A stretch of DNA of 64,000 bases from Nitrosopumilus sp. (GCA_965205215.1 OZ242041.1:800001-864000), one strand, 5' to 3'; shown: positions 38,171-48,832, numbered from the stretch's first letter. Notes: generated from the letters alone by a model not told the origin. A program made the numbers and translations.

Positions 38171-38192
38171 GGTGGTATGGCGACGTGCGCGG

Positions 38193-39101
38193 TCAGTGGC
38201 TCTTGTTCCTGCCGCTTCTTCTGCTGCCGTATCTGTATTCCATGTCCTTGAACTTTGAGAGGTTTACGATCTCGTTGAACTGGTCAAAGCTCAGCGCGCT
38301 CTTGCTCGACTCCCTGGTGGCGCCGGTCTGCCGCAGCTCCGCGAGTATCCCTGACGCCGCGTGAGCGCTCGCAAAGAGCACCGACAGCGGGTACAGTATC
38401 ATGTTGAACCCCATCCCGTGCAGGGTCTGCGCCGGGCTGATGGGAGTGACGCCGCCCTCTATCATGTTTGCAACGAGGGGGGCGTCTATCTCGCGCCCTA
38501 TCATCCTCATCTCGCCTATGCTCGCGGGGGCCTCTATGAACACGGCGTCTGCCCCCGTCTTTTTGTTCTGTTTGCCGCGCTCTATCGCCTCGTCGAGCCC
38601 CAGCGTCGCGCGGGCGTCTGTGCGCGCCACTATGACAAAGTCGGAATCGCCCCTGGCGTCCACCGCGGCCCCGAGCTTTTCCGTATATTCCTCCTGCGAT
38701 ATGACGTCCTTGCCCTGCATGTGGCCGCACCGCTTGGGCCACCTCTGGTCCTCCAGGAACATCCCCGACGCGCCGGCCGCCCGCAGGTCACCCACCAGCT
38801 TCCAGACGCTCAGGGCGTTGCCGTACCCGGTGTCCGAGTCCACTATTACTGGCGAACTGGTCGCCGCGCATATTCGCCTCGCGTTCTCGACTGTCTCCGC
38901 GGCCCCGACGAACCCATAGTCCGGCATGCCAAGGAGGGACGCTGACGTGCCGTACCCGGTCTGGAACATGGCGTCGAACCCCGCGTTCTCCGCTATCCTT
39001 GCGCCCAGCGCGTCGTACACTCCGGGTATGACCAGGGGCGAGTCGCCCCTCTTTACCATCTCGCGGATGCTCTTCTTCTCGGGTTTGTTGGAGTCTGACA
39101 C
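38193..39101 (-). CDS. Isocitrate lyase / PEP mutase family protein (2-methylisocitrate lyase-like)
   Basis: DSDTGYG, LEDQRWPKRCGH, VARTDA. Confidence 0.9.
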   Translation of the reverse strand: MSDSNKPEKKSIREMVKRGDSPLVIPGVYDALGARIAENAGFDAMFQTGYGTSASLLGMPDYGFVGAAETVENARRICAATSSPVIVDSDTGYGNALSVWKLVGDLRAAGASGMFLEDQRWPKRCGHMQGKDVISQEEYTEKLGAAVDARGDSDFVIVARTDARATLGLDEAIERGKQNKKTGADAVFIEAPASIGEMRMIGREIDAPLVANMIEGGVTPISPAQTLHGMGFNMILYPLSVLFASAHAASGILAELRQTGATRESSKSALSFDQFNEIVNLSKFKDMEYRYGSRRSGRNKSH

Positions 39102-39148
39102 AGCGCAGGAACGTCCGGATTGTTATTTATGCTTGACGTCACCGCAGA

Positions 39149-39706
39149 CTATCTTACGGGGATGCTCGTCTCGTCCCCGCTTTCGTCCCCGGTATTGCTC
39201 TTCTCCGGATCGCTGTCGGCGCCTTTCTCAGTACGCCCCTCCATCCTGGCAAGCTCGTCCCTCAGGAACCGCTTGTACCGCTCGGCGTCCTCTGCAGTCA
39301 TCCTTGCCGCGTTCTGGCCCAGTATGGCCGCAATCGAGGCTATTCTTTCTATCACGTCTGCCGCGACAAACCTGCCGGCGTTCCCCAGCCGGGACAGCAC
39401 GTCGATCTGCCTGTCTATGCCGTCCTTGATCTTCTTCATGTCATCCGCCGTGTCTGCCCCCTTCTGCGTGAGCGCGTACCTGCCGCCATCGTCGGACTCT
39501 TCAATCAGCCCCTCGTCAAGCAGCCTGCCAAGCAGCGGGTATATCAAACCCGGCGAGGGCCTCCACTCCCCGCCGCTCTCGCCTGCCGCCCTGTTTATGA
39601 TCTCCTTGCCCGTGTGGGGCCCCTCCTGCAGTATGCTTATGATGTAATATCTAGAAAAGCCCCTAGGGATGGCGCTCTTGACCCTCTCAAACCATGCAGA
39701 GCTCAT
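39149..39706 (-). CDS. PadR family transcriptional regulator
   Basis: WRPSPGLIYPLLGRLLDEGLI...YALTQKG. Confidence 0.9.
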   Translation of the reverse strand: MSSAWFERVKSAIPRGFSRYYIISILQEGPHTGKEIINRAAGESGGEWRPSPGLIYPLLGRLLDEGLIEESDDGGRYALTQKGADTADDMKKIKDGIDRQIDVLSRLGNAGRFVAADVIERIASIAAILGQNAARMTAEDAERYKRFLRDELARMEGRTEKGADSDPEKSNTGDESGDETSIPVR

Positions 39707-39794
39707 GATGTTATATCGCTAGCGATATATTTTAGTCTTGCCGCGCAGGTTATTACATTTTTAATATCTCGGCGCGGAGCGTCCGTGAACGATT

Positions 39795-41516
39795 ATGGTC
39801 GATACCATAGACGAGTATGACCTGCTTATATGCGGCTCGGGGCTTGCGGGGCTCAGGGCTGCCATATCGGCGGCAAAGACCGCCCCCAAACTGAGGATTG
39901 CGGTCATCTCAAAGCTCCAGGTGATGCGCTCGCATTCCGTGTCTGCTGAGGGCGGCACCGCTGCAGTGATGTTCGAGGACGAGGGCGACACGATAGAGTC
40001 GCACGTGTACGATACGGTAAAGGGGAGCGACTTTCTGGCAGACCAGGACGTGGCCGAGCGGCTCTGCGTCGAGATGCCCCGCGAGGTACACCAGCTGGAC
40101 CACTGGGGCATGCCGTGGTCCCGGCGCAAGGACGGCCGCATCGACCAGCGCAACTTTGGGGGGTACAGCTTCCCGCGCGCCACGTACGCGTCGGACAAGG
40201 TGGGGTTCTTTGAGATGCAGACGCTGTATGACACGTGCCAAAAGTTTGACAACATATCATATTTGAACGAGTGGTTTGCCACCTGCATCGTACATGACGG
40301 CCGCAAGTTTCTGGGGCTTACCGCCATAGAGCTGGGGACGGGTGACTTTTATTCGATAAGGGCAAGGGCTTTAATTATCGCGACCGGAGGGGCGGGCCGG
40401 CTGTACAGCTTTTCCACATACGCGTTGTCCTCGACGCCCGACGGATTAGATATGGGGCTGAGGGCCGGCATGGCGCTCAAGGACATGGAGTTCGTCCAGT
40501 TCCACCCCACCGGGATAATGCCCTCCGGTATACTGATCACGGAGGGGGCCCGCGGCGAGGGGGGATATCTGCTGAACAGCGCCGGCGAGCGGTTCATGAA
40601 GCGGTACGCGCCCTCCAAGATGGAGCTGGCCCCCCGCGATATAGTGTCGCGGTCAATAATGTCTGAAATACGGGAGGGCCGCGGGTTCAAGCACGAGACC
40701 GGCGTGGACTGCATGAAGCTGGATTTGCGCCACATAGGCGACGAGCGCATAAAGGAAAAGCTGGGCGGCATACGCGAGATATCGATAAAGTTCTCCGGGA
40801 TAGACCCGGCAAAAGATTTGCTTGACATCAGGCCCGTGTGCCACTACATGATGGGGGGGCTGCACACCAACATCGACGGGGCGACTGAAATACAGGGCGT
40901 GTGGGCCGCAGGCGAGGCCGCCTGCAACAGCGTGCACGGCTCCAACCGCCTCGGCGCAAACTCCACGTCTGAGTGCATAGTATGGGGGAGGATAACCGGC
41001 GAGCAGGCCGCCATGTACGCGGAGCGGGAGTCCGCTGCATCCAGGCCCCCGTGGCCGCACCATGTGGTAAACGCGGAGGAAAAGCGCATCTACGACGGCA
41101 TATTCAGGGGAGGAGGGGGCGCGAACCCCTACGAGGTACGACAGAGGCTGACAGACGCGATGAATTCGAACGCGTACGTGTACCGGAACGGCGACGAGCT
41201 TGCAGAAGGGCTGCGCATAGTGCGGAACCTGCGCAAGGAGTCATGGAAGCATGTTGATGACAAGGCGGCCGAATACAACACCAACTTTACCAATGTAATG
41301 GAGCTGGACTCCATGTTCAGGGTAGCCGAGATCGTCCTGGTGGGCGCCATAAACCGCAAGGAGTCGCGGGGCGCGCACGCCCGCACCGACTATCCAAAGC
41401 GCGACGACGAGAACTTTTTGCACCACACGCTCGCATACTACGACCCGGAGGGGCCCATAATGAAGACGCACCCCGTCACAATCACCAAATACAAGCCGGT
41501 GGAGAGGAAGTACTAA
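39795..41516 (+). CDS. sdhA: Succinate dehydrogenase flavoprotein subunit
   Basis: GSGLAG, RSHSVSAEGG, QFHPT, TEGARGEGG, HYMMGG, HGSNRLGANS. Confidence 0.97.
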   Translation: MVDTIDEYDLLICGSGLAGLRAAISAAKTAPKLRIAVISKLQVMRSHSVSAEGGTAAVMFEDEGDTIESHVYDTVKGSDFLADQDVAERLCVEMPREVHQLDHWGMPWSRRKDGRIDQRNFGGYSFPRATYASDKVGFFEMQTLYDTCQKFDNISYLNEWFATCIVHDGRKFLGLTAIELGTGDFYSIRARALIIATGGAGRLYSFSTYALSSTPDGLDMGLRAGMALKDMEFVQFHPTGIMPSGILITEGARGEGGYLLNSAGERFMKRYAPSKMELAPRDIVSRSIMSEIREGRGFKHETGVDCMKLDLRHIGDERIKEKLGGIREISIKFSGIDPAKDLLDIRPVCHYMMGGLHTNIDGATEIQGVWAAGEAACNSVHGSNRLGANSTSECIVWGRITGEQAAMYAERESAASRPPWPHHVVNAEEKRIYDGIFRGGGGANPYEVRQRLTDAMNSNAYVYRNGDELAEGLRIVRNLRKESWKHVDDKAAEYNTNFTNVMELDSMFRVAEIVLVGAINRKESRGAHARTDYPKRDDENFLHHTLAYYDPEGPIMKTHPVTITKYKPVERKY

Positions 41517-42055
41517 TGGCTTCCGTGGACCAAGAAGAGGGGGATGCGGGCGTAGAGGCCGGGGCCGACTCCCAGAACCGTTATGACGGCGTCAGCGGTA
41601 GCAGCAGCAGCAGTGGAGCCAAAACCGCGGCAGACGGCAACAGGGCCGGCGTCGGCGGCATGATAAACCCCGGCAGGTACGGGATAGAGCGCGTCGCGTA
41701 CTGGCTGATGCGCCTGTCTGGCCTCGGGCTGCTTGCATATTTCATCGGGCACATCTACGAGACGAGCAGCATTCTGCAGGGCAAGATGGGGTGGGACGAG
41801 TTCCTTGCCATAACGCAGACAACGGAGGGGCACATCCTGCTTGCCATCGTAATCGGGATGTGCGTGTTTCATACGGTCAACGGGATACGCGTCATGCTCG
41901 GGCACGGCGGCGTGGGCGTGGGCCGGGCGGCGAGGCCCGACTATCCGTATATACCGGCGTCCCAGAACTACAGGCACAAGCTGGGAATATACACTGCGAT
42001 CGTGCTTGCCGCGATAGCTATGATGTACGGCCTTGCCGTAATGTTCGGGGTGTGA
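41516..42055 (+). CDS. sdhC: Succinate dehydrogenase membrane anchor subunit C
   Basis: RLSGLGL, FHTVNGIR, three TM segments, operon position. Confidence 0.88.
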   Translation: MASVDQEEGDAGVEAGADSQNRYDGVSGSSSSSGAKTAADGNRAGVGGMINPGRYGIERVAYWLMRLSGLGLLAYFIGHIYETSSILQGKMGWDEFLAITQTTEGHILLAIVIGMCVFHTVNGIRVMLGHGGVGVGRAARPDYPYIPASQNYRHKLGIYTAIVLAAIAMMYGLAVMFGV

Positions 42056-42057
42056 CT

Positions 42058-42420
42058 ATGGCGACTGCGATACTCAAGGAATCTACCATAATGAAGATCC
42101 ACTACGGCACGGCGCTGGCCGCCGTCGCCTTGGTGGCCGTGCACGTGCTGATGAGGCTCACGTCGGGTGGGTTTGCCGAATCGCTGGAGTACGAGACTGT
42201 CCTTGCAAACTACAGGTTTCTACCGTACGCTCTGATGCTAGAGATAATACTGGTGCTGCTGTCAATACACGGGTTCAACGGGCTGCGCGTTATACTGCTT
42301 GAGCTGCGCCAGGGGCCCCGCTACGAGAAGGCCGTCTCGTACGGCTGCCTGGCGGCCATGTTTGCGCTGATAGCGTACGGGTCGCGAACCATTATTATGA
42401 CCAACATGGGGATGGTCTGA
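42058..42420 (+). CDS. sdhD: Succinate dehydrogenase membrane anchor subunit D
   Basis: HGFNGLRVIL, three TM segments, operon position. Confidence 0.88.
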   Translation: MATAILKESTIMKIHYGTALAAVALVAVHVLMRLTSGGFAESLEYETVLANYRFLPYALMLEIILVLLSIHGFNGLRVILLELRQGPRYEKAVSYGCLAAMFALIAYGSRTIIMTNMGMV

Positions 42421-42422
42421 CT

Positions 42423-43223
42423 ATGGCGTTGCAGGCAGCAGCTGGTCAGGCCTCCGCGCAGCAGCCGGGCGCGCAGCGTACGATTACGCTCCGCATAGCA
42501 CGCAGCAACCCCGCTCACGACAGTTCCACTACTGGATTTGACGACTTTGAGGTTCCGTACGAAAAGTGGACCACCGTCCTGGACACGATCTTGGAGGTCA
42601 AGAAGAGTCTGGACCACTCCGTGGCCGTCAGGTACTCGTGCAGGCAGGCCACCTGCGGCTCGTGTGGCATGATGATAAACGGCAGGCCCAGGCTTGCCTG
42701 CTTTACGAAAATTGACGAGCTGAACTCCTCGGTGATTACAGTGGAGCCGCTGCAGAACTTTCCGGTGATACGGGACCTTGCAGTCGGGTTTGACTCGCTC
42801 TTTGAGAACCACCGCGAGGTCAGGCCGTACCTGGACCGGGAGGACACGGAGCTTGAAGGTGTACCGGACGGCGAGCTCAAAGAGTACCCGCAGTCGCCGG
42901 AGGAGCTGGAGCAGTACATACAGTTTGCCAACTGTATCAAATGCGGGCTGTGCAACGCGGCCTGCCCCACGATGGCGACCGACTCTTCTTTTCTGGGGCC
43001 GCAGGCTTTGGCCCAGGCGTACCGCTATGTGGGCGACAGCAGGGACAAGGGAAAGGATTCTAGGCTGAAAGTGATAGACGACTCGCACGGCATATGGCGG
43101 TGCCACTTTGCTGGCTCCTGCAGCCAGGTCTGCCCGAAGGGGGTGGATCCCGCGATGGGCATACAGATGTTGCGCGGGTACATGCTGGGTTTTGGCGGCG
43201 GCGGCAACAATAACCAAAAGTGA
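42423..43223 (+). CDS. sdhB: Succinate dehydrogenase iron-sulfur subunit
   Basis: SCRQATCGSC, CIKCGLCNAACP, CHFAGSCSQVCP. Confidence 0.96.
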   Translation: MALQAAAGQASAQQPGAQRTITLRIARSNPAHDSSTTGFDDFEVPYEKWTTVLDTILEVKKSLDHSVAVRYSCRQATCGSCGMMINGRPRLACFTKIDELNSSVITVEPLQNFPVIRDLAVGFDSLFENHREVRPYLDREDTELEGVPDGELKEYPQSPEELEQYIQFANCIKCGLCNAACPTMATDSSFLGPQALAQAYRYVGDSRDKGKDSRLKVIDDSHGIWRCHFAGSCSQVCPKGVDPAMGIQMLRGYMLGFGGGGNNNQK

Positions 43224-43333
43224 CAACGGCTATTGTGTGCCGAGTACAGCGGCGCAAAAAGAATTGACATACTTCGCCGTCCTGTAACAAGGTAGGATCT
43301 GGTGTCTGTGGTGTATGCTGCGATCGCCGCCGA

Positions 43334-43819
43334 CTATTGCGGCGCGTCCGTGGACGATGATGATGGTGGTGGCGGAGGCGGAGACGACCCTAGCTGTGAC
43401 GTTGATGCAGTTGTTGGTGTTGATAATGATGCTGAATCGGAACCTTCCTGACCCTTTGCCGGCTCGCCGGCCTGCGACGCGCCCTGATTGCCACCCGCCG
43501 CCTTTTTGGGGTTCGGCGAATTGTTGACCTGCTGGTTTATCTGCTCTGCCATAAAGTGATTTGAGACGTTGACCTTTACGTCGTCAACGCCGTCCACCAT
43601 CAGCAGGTTGTCGTGTATGTCCTGGCATATCTTGAACCCGTATATCGCGGGACAGAACGGGCTCGTGAGGTGCAAATCAACCCTTACGTCGCTGTCGCTT
43701 ATGTCGACCTCGTCTATGAGCTCCAGCTCCACTATGGACATGTCTATCTCCGGATCTACGATCTTTGAGAGCTCGTCGAATATCTTGACCCTCTTCTGCT
43801 TGATCTCCTGCTGGCTCAT
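43334..43819 (-). CDS. Metal-sulfur cluster assembly factor (DUF59/SufT-like)
   Basis: IVDPEIDMSIVELELI, LTSPFCP; low-complexity C-terminal tail. Confidence 0.9.
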   Translation of the reverse strand: MSQQEIKQKRVKIFDELSKIVDPEIDMSIVELELIDEVDISDSDVRVDLHLTSPFCPAIYGFKICQDIHDNLLMVDGVDDVKVNVSNHFMAEQINQQVNNSPNPKKAAGGNQGASQAGEPAKGQEGSDSASLSTPTTASTSQLGSSPPPPPPSSSSTDAPQ

Positions 43820-43869
43820 ATGGCACCACTCCCATTTATGCTATATATAACCATTAGAGAAGTAACGCC

Positions 43870-45399
43870 ATGTACCGTGCGCGCATGGGAGACGGCAAAC
43901 CCGACTCCCGAATACTCGGCTACCTGTCCTCTGCTGGTGAGGACGCGGAGATCATACGATATGACATACTGGGCAGCCAGGCCCACGTGCTGATGCTGCT
44001 AAAGGCGGGGATCATATCGCGGACGTCGGCCCGCCGCATACTGGGGGCGCTGTCCGAGATTATGCGAAGAAGGCGGAGCCTGTTTGAGCAGAATGGCTCC
44101 ACGTACGGCGGGAAGGACGCGGGGGGCACCGCTGAGGACATACACGAATTTGTAGAGTCGCTCGTAATCGAGAGGGCGGGGGCCGCGCACGGCGGCAGGA
44201 TGCACGCGGCCCGCTCAAGGAACGACCAAGTGGCGCTCGATATGCGCATGAAGGTCCGCGACGACATCAACACAATGTGCGGCCACGTCCTGGACGCGGC
44301 CGAGTCCATGATATTACTCGCGTCAAACCACCGGCGCACCGTCATGCCGCTGTACACACACATGCAGCAGGCCCAGGCGGGCCTGTTCTCGCACTGGCTG
44401 CTCGCCCATGCCGACGCGCTGCTCAGGGACTACGAGAGGCTGTCGGGCGCCTACGGGCGCGTGAACAAGAGTCCGCTTGGGGCGGGACCCGTGGGCGGGA
44501 CGAGCCTGCCGATCGACCGCGCGTATACCGCGGAACTGCTGGGCTTTGACGGGATGTTGGAGAATTCCCTTGACGCGACCGGCACCCGCGACTTTGCGGC
44601 AGAGTACGCGGCCGTGGTCTCCATAATGATGTCCAACCTAAGCAGACTGGCCGAGGATGTGGTGGTGTGGTCCACGTCGGAGTTCTCGTTTGTGGAACTG
44701 GAGGATGACATATCGTCGCCGTCGAGCGCGATGCCCCAGAAAAAGAACCCGGACGTGCTTGAAATTACGCGCGCCAGGGCGGCCGAGGCGGCCGGATACA
44801 CGGGCGCCATACTGGGGATAGTGGGAGGGCTTGCCTCCGGGTACGGGCGCGACCTGCAGCGGACAAAGCCACTCCTGTGGATGGTATCAGATGGCGGCAT
44901 ATCGGCCCTGCTTGCGGTGCAGTCAGTGCTCGGTGGCATGCGCGTAAACAAGATACGGATGCGCCGCGTCGCGGAGGCAAGCGACCTGGTGGCGCTGGAC
45001 GTGGCCGAGCGACTCGTGCTTGAGCATGACGTGCCGTTCCGGACGGCGCACGGCACGGCGGCCTTGCTTGTACAGCACGCCCGTGCGATAAGGAGGCCCG
45101 TCCGCAAGATGACTGCAGGCGACATCAGAAACGCGCTCAGGAAGGGGGGTACCGCTAATGCAAAACCGTCCCTAGCCGCATCAGACCCAAAGATACTGCA
45201 CTCCATCGCGTCGTCTATTGGGCCCGTCCCGTCCCTGCGCAACCGGGTCTCGAGGGGCTCGTCTGGGTACGCGGAGCAGAGGCGCATGATATCTGCCCGC
45301 AAGAGAACCATCACTAGGCTCCGAAGCGCGCTTGAGGAGCGCAAAAAAGAGGTTGACGTGGCTTTCGCGTCCCTCAAAAAACAGGCCAGGAGCGTATGA
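43870..45399 (+). CDS. argH: Argininosuccinate lyase
   Basis: EDIH, RSRNDQVA, YTHMQQAQ, SSAMPQKKNPD, VPFRTAH. Confidence 0.95.
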   Translation: MYRARMGDGKPDSRILGYLSSAGEDAEIIRYDILGSQAHVLMLLKAGIISRTSARRILGALSEIMRRRRSLFEQNGSTYGGKDAGGTAEDIHEFVESLVIERAGAAHGGRMHAARSRNDQVALDMRMKVRDDINTMCGHVLDAAESMILLASNHRRTVMPLYTHMQQAQAGLFSHWLLAHADALLRDYERLSGAYGRVNKSPLGAGPVGGTSLPIDRAYTAELLGFDGMLENSLDATGTRDFAAEYAAVVSIMMSNLSRLAEDVVVWSTSEFSFVELEDDISSPSSAMPQKKNPDVLEITRARAAEAAGYTGAILGIVGGLASGYGRDLQRTKPLLWMVSDGGISALLAVQSVLGGMRVNKIRMRRVAEASDLVALDVAERLVLEHDVPFRTAHGTAALLVQHARAIRRPVRKMTAGDIRNALRKGGTANAKPSLAASDPKILHSIASSIGPVPSLRNRVSRGSSGYAEQRRMISARKRTITRLRSALEERKKEVDVAFASLKKQARSV

Positions 45400-45595
45400 T
45401 CGCTTGGTTTGCGCACCTTCATCTGATTTGGTAGAGTACCTCATAGGACACTGTAGCAATATAACGAAACACCTATTCCTAACAGCCAGAGAATCTTGAT
45501 GAGCTAAAGCGATTCTTCGCTTGAGCTCTGCCTATTGCATGTCACTAATTCTTACTAGAGCTTGGGCACAATACATTATTCAATGAGCATCCCGC

Positions 45596-46603
45596 GTGTC
45601 GGTTACGATGACCGCAATAGAATCTGCCGCGCTTGGAAGTCTTGCAATCCCGCGGATCATAAACGGGATGTGGCAGGTGGCCGGGGGCCACGGCGTGATT
45701 GCGCCGGATGACGCGGTCTCCGAGATGGGGCTCTACCACGACGCGGGATTGACCGCATGGGACATGGCGGACATTTACGGCCCTGCCGAGGAGTTTCTTG
45801 GTAGGTTCCGAGACGGACTCGACCCCGGGCAAAGGCAGAGGTCGGTCGCGTTTACAAAATTCGTCCCCAGCCCCGGACCCATGACGAGGAGTATCGTGGA
45901 GCACCACATCGACAGGTCGATCCGCAGGATGAACGTGGACACCATAGATCTGCTGCAGTTTCACTGGTGGGACTATGGCAACCCGTCGTATCTGGATGCG
46001 CTGCGCCATCTGGAGACCTTGCGCGACGAGGGAAAGATCAGGCATCTGGCGCTGACAAACTTTGACACGCGGCGTATGGAGGTGATGGTGGACAAGGGCG
46101 TGACGCCGGTCTCAAACCAGGTGCAGCACTCGGTGCTCGACTGCAGGCCGCAGGTTGCAATGGCTCCGTTCTGCCAAAGGTACGGGATAGGGATGCTGGC
46201 CTACGGGACGCTGCTTGGCGGGTTCCTCTCCGAGAGGTATCTGGGGGCCGCGGAGCCTGGACGTCTGGAGCTTTCGACGTACAGCCTGCAGAAATACAAG
46301 AACATGATAGACGCCTGGGGTGGATGGCCGTTGTTCCAAGAGCTCTTGTCGGCGATGGATCAGGTTGCAGAGCGGCACCAGGCAAGCATCGCAAACGTTG
46401 CTGTACGTTACGTCCTGGACAGGCCCGGGGTGGTGGGTGCCATCATCGGCGCGAGGCTCGGGATTGTCAACCACATAGGCGACAACCTGGGGGCGTTCTC
46501 ATCAAGGCTCGGCTCCGATGACTATTCGCAGATTGAGGAGGTGACTGCTCGCTCAAACGATCTGTATTCTGCGATCGGGGACTGCGGATCCGAATACAGG
46601 TAG
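45596..46603 (+). CDS. Aldo/keto reductase
   Basis: GMWQ, DMADIYG, IDLLQFHW, GKIRHLALTNF, AYGTLLGG. Confidence 0.92.
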   Translation: MSVTMTAIESAALGSLAIPRIINGMWQVAGGHGVIAPDDAVSEMGLYHDAGLTAWDMADIYGPAEEFLGRFRDGLDPGQRQRSVAFTKFVPSPGPMTRSIVEHHIDRSIRRMNVDTIDLLQFHWWDYGNPSYLDALRHLETLRDEGKIRHLALTNFDTRRMEVMVDKGVTPVSNQVQHSVLDCRPQVAMAPFCQRYGIGMLAYGTLLGGFLSERYLGAAEPGRLELSTYSLQKYKNMIDAWGGWPLFQELLSAMDQVAERHQASIANVAVRYVLDRPGVVGAIIGARLGIVNHIGDNLGAFSSRLGSDDYSQIEEVTARSNDLYSAIGDCGSEYR

Positions 46604-46760
46604 ACGGAGAGCCGTGCGTGCTTTGCTCCCCGCTTCCGCAGCCGGGGCGGGCGCGCGCATTTTGCAGGCCGCACGCTTCACCCAAGGGCGCCCCGGGATC
46701 CGAGCCGCGCGCAATCTAGTTATTCACCGCGTCCGGAATTACAACGTGGGAAACCGTGAG

Positions 46761-47456
46761 ATGGCCGCAGTGGCGCTGGCCGCCGCCGTCGCCGCCGCCG
46801 TAACGGCCGCGGCCGGAATCCAGGACGCGCATTCGACCCACGTCTCCGTGCCGATCCTGACGGCCGGCGGGGATCTGGAGTATCTTTTTGCAGATGATCT
46901 GATCATTGCGGGCTGGGTCGAGTATGCCGGGAGTCCCACCCCGGACGTGCTGCTGAACATAAGGGTCTCAGATCCGGATCGCACGCAGGTCTCCGAAACC
47001 TTTGTAACCAGCGATTCCAACGGGGAGTTCGAGTACGCGTTCGGACTGCCCGAGGGCAGTATGCCGGGTGACTATTCAGTCATGGTTACCAGCATGTGCT
47101 GGGAGCAGCACAGGCAGATATGTACACACAGGGCCGCACAGGCTACGGTGAGCGTGTCGGAAGCGGGGGCCGATCCGGGCGTCCACATACCGGAGTGGGT
47201 GAAGACGGTTGCGGGGTTCTGGGTGGACGGCCAGATCGACGATGACGACTTTGTCCGGGCAGTCGGATTTCTGATACGGAGCGGGGTGATCGTCATCGGG
47301 GATCCGGGCGGGATGGATTCAGGCGGGTCCGGGGCCGTGCCAGGTTGGATAAGGACGAGCGCCGGATACTGGGTGTCCGGCGATGTGTCCGATGACGAGT
47401 TTGCGGCCGGGATAGAGTGGCTCGTTGGCAGCGGCATCATACCTGTCGGCACTTAG
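46761..47456 (+). CDS. Secreted protein with two C-terminal IPxWVK..AGxW..G.I.D..F repeats
   Basis: Signal peptide, Ig-like region, duplicated C-terminal motif typical of thaumarchaeal exported proteins. Confidence 0.75.
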   Translation: MAAVALAAAVAAAVTAAAGIQDAHSTHVSVPILTAGGDLEYLFADDLIIAGWVEYAGSPTPDVLLNIRVSDPDRTQVSETFVTSDSNGEFEYAFGLPEGSMPGDYSVMVTSMCWEQHRQICTHRAAQATVSVSEAGADPGVHIPEWVKTVAGFWVDGQIDDDDFVRAVGFLIRSGVIVIGDPGGMDSGGSGAVPGWIRTSAGYWVSGDVSDDEFAAGIEWLVGSGIIPVGT

Positions 47457-47695
47457 CGTCAGGGGGCGCAAAAAAGGGACCGGACGGGAAGGCGTCCGGA
47501 CGAATCATCCGTAAGGGAATCCGCGCAGGCAAGACGGCGCGAGTCCTACTCCGACTCGGAAAATACGATTGCGGATCTAAAGGGGCGAGACGGGTTTTGC
47601 CGACCGTTTCGGGCCCAAATCGACGTAAATCATGCCTAGATGGGACTCCGGGCGAACGCACAGGCTGTTATGCACCGTGTGGATTCGCAGCCACT

Positions 47696-48010
47696 AAGGA
47701 GATGCAACGGCATTTCGGAAAAAGATGGCCGTGGCATCCGACAGGGCCCCGCCGCACAAGGCCAAGGCCGTCAGGAGACTGCTGCGCGAGAACAAGAACA
47801 AGAAGATCATTTACCTTCCAAAAGATTCGCCGCTCCTCAATACGATGGAGGAATGTTGGTATCGGGGAAAGCGAGTCCTGTTCGTCTCCTAATACTACAG
47901 GACGTTTCTGGAGATGCATTAGGTCATCTCCCTGTACTACAGGACGGTGAGGTTCAAGCTGGTTCTGTTCAAGTTTGCAAGCAGAAACCCTGCGATTTAC
48001 TGCAATAATC
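47696..48010 (+). pseudogene. IS630-family transposase C-terminal relic
   Basis: Manual translation gives SDRAPPHKAKAVRRLL...IIYLPKDSPLLNTMEECW (DDE_3-type LPxxSPxLNxxExxW); frameshift near 47720, in-frame stops at 47890 and 47920. Confidence 0.75.
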
Positions 48011-48190
48011 GCCACTACGTAAGCACGGATATCCCCCAGACTGCCGGAGGAAGCAGCGCGTACAATACTGAACTAAACAGAAATCTTTTCAGAGTTTCAG
48101 TCAAGAAACTAGCAAAAAAACTACCAGATACCGACAAGATTAGGAATTTATACAGGTAGATATTTTTCTATTGTCAAATGTACATGAAAT

Positions 48191-48832
48191 TCAAGTTGAA
48201 TTTGCATCTCTCTCGGTAATAGCAGCTTTCTTTTTTTCTGGCAAACTATCAAATATGCCCCGAATTTCTTTCGGGCGTGTATATGCCCAAACAGAGATGT
48301 GGTTTACTATTTTGAATAATATTTCAGCTGTTTTTACATCGTCACGTAAATCCATTTCGAGTGAGTGTGCCGCTTCGCCTCCTATGACTCTAACAGTATC
48401 TAGAGCTTCTTGGATATTCGGATCAAGCCCTTTTTCTTGTACTAAATATTTTATCATTGCATTAAGATCACTCCCTTTTGCTCCAATATCTTTACATATA
48501 TTTTCAACACAAAGTCGTAACAATATACAAGCAGAACGAGGGGAACGGGAGCATACGTCTCTAGCCTCATTATAGTCGTTTTTAATGTCATCTGGCATGT
48601 CTAGGTTTGGAGATGGTGCTGAACTCGTAATGGGATACACCATTCTTTTGTTTATCCAAATCGTCACATCATCACATCTGCTACAACGAGTTATATACGA
48701 ATTAGGATGTGAATTATAAGCACCGCGTCCTGCTGATTTGTGCAGTTCGATCCAATATTGTACAGCATAAGCATTACAATGGGGGCAATGGAAAGCATCT
48801 GAATGTAATGATGGTGGAATATAGGCTTCCAT
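48191..48832 (-). CDS. DUF4145 domain protein with N-terminal Cys pairs
   Basis: CPHC, CSRC; DYNEA..SPRSACILLRLCVE; LDTVRVIGGEAAH; AT-rich. Confidence 0.85.
   Translation of the reverse strand: MEAYIPPSLHSDAFHCPHCNAYAVQYWIELHKSAGRGAYNSHPNSYITRCSRCDDVTIWINKRMVYPITSSAPSPNLDMPDDIKNDYNEARDVCSRSPRSACILLRLCVENICKDIGAKGSDLNAMIKYLVQEKGLDPNIQEALDTVRVIGGEAAHSLEMDLRDDVKTAEILFKIVNHISVWAYTRPKEIRGIFDSLPEKKKAAITERDANST

Noticed and set aside
47480-47499. 7-bp hairpin CCGGACG/CGTCCGG next to an A run
   Set aside because: Could be a terminator, but short GC-rich stems are common here and its T tract is on the strand opposite the adjacent gene.
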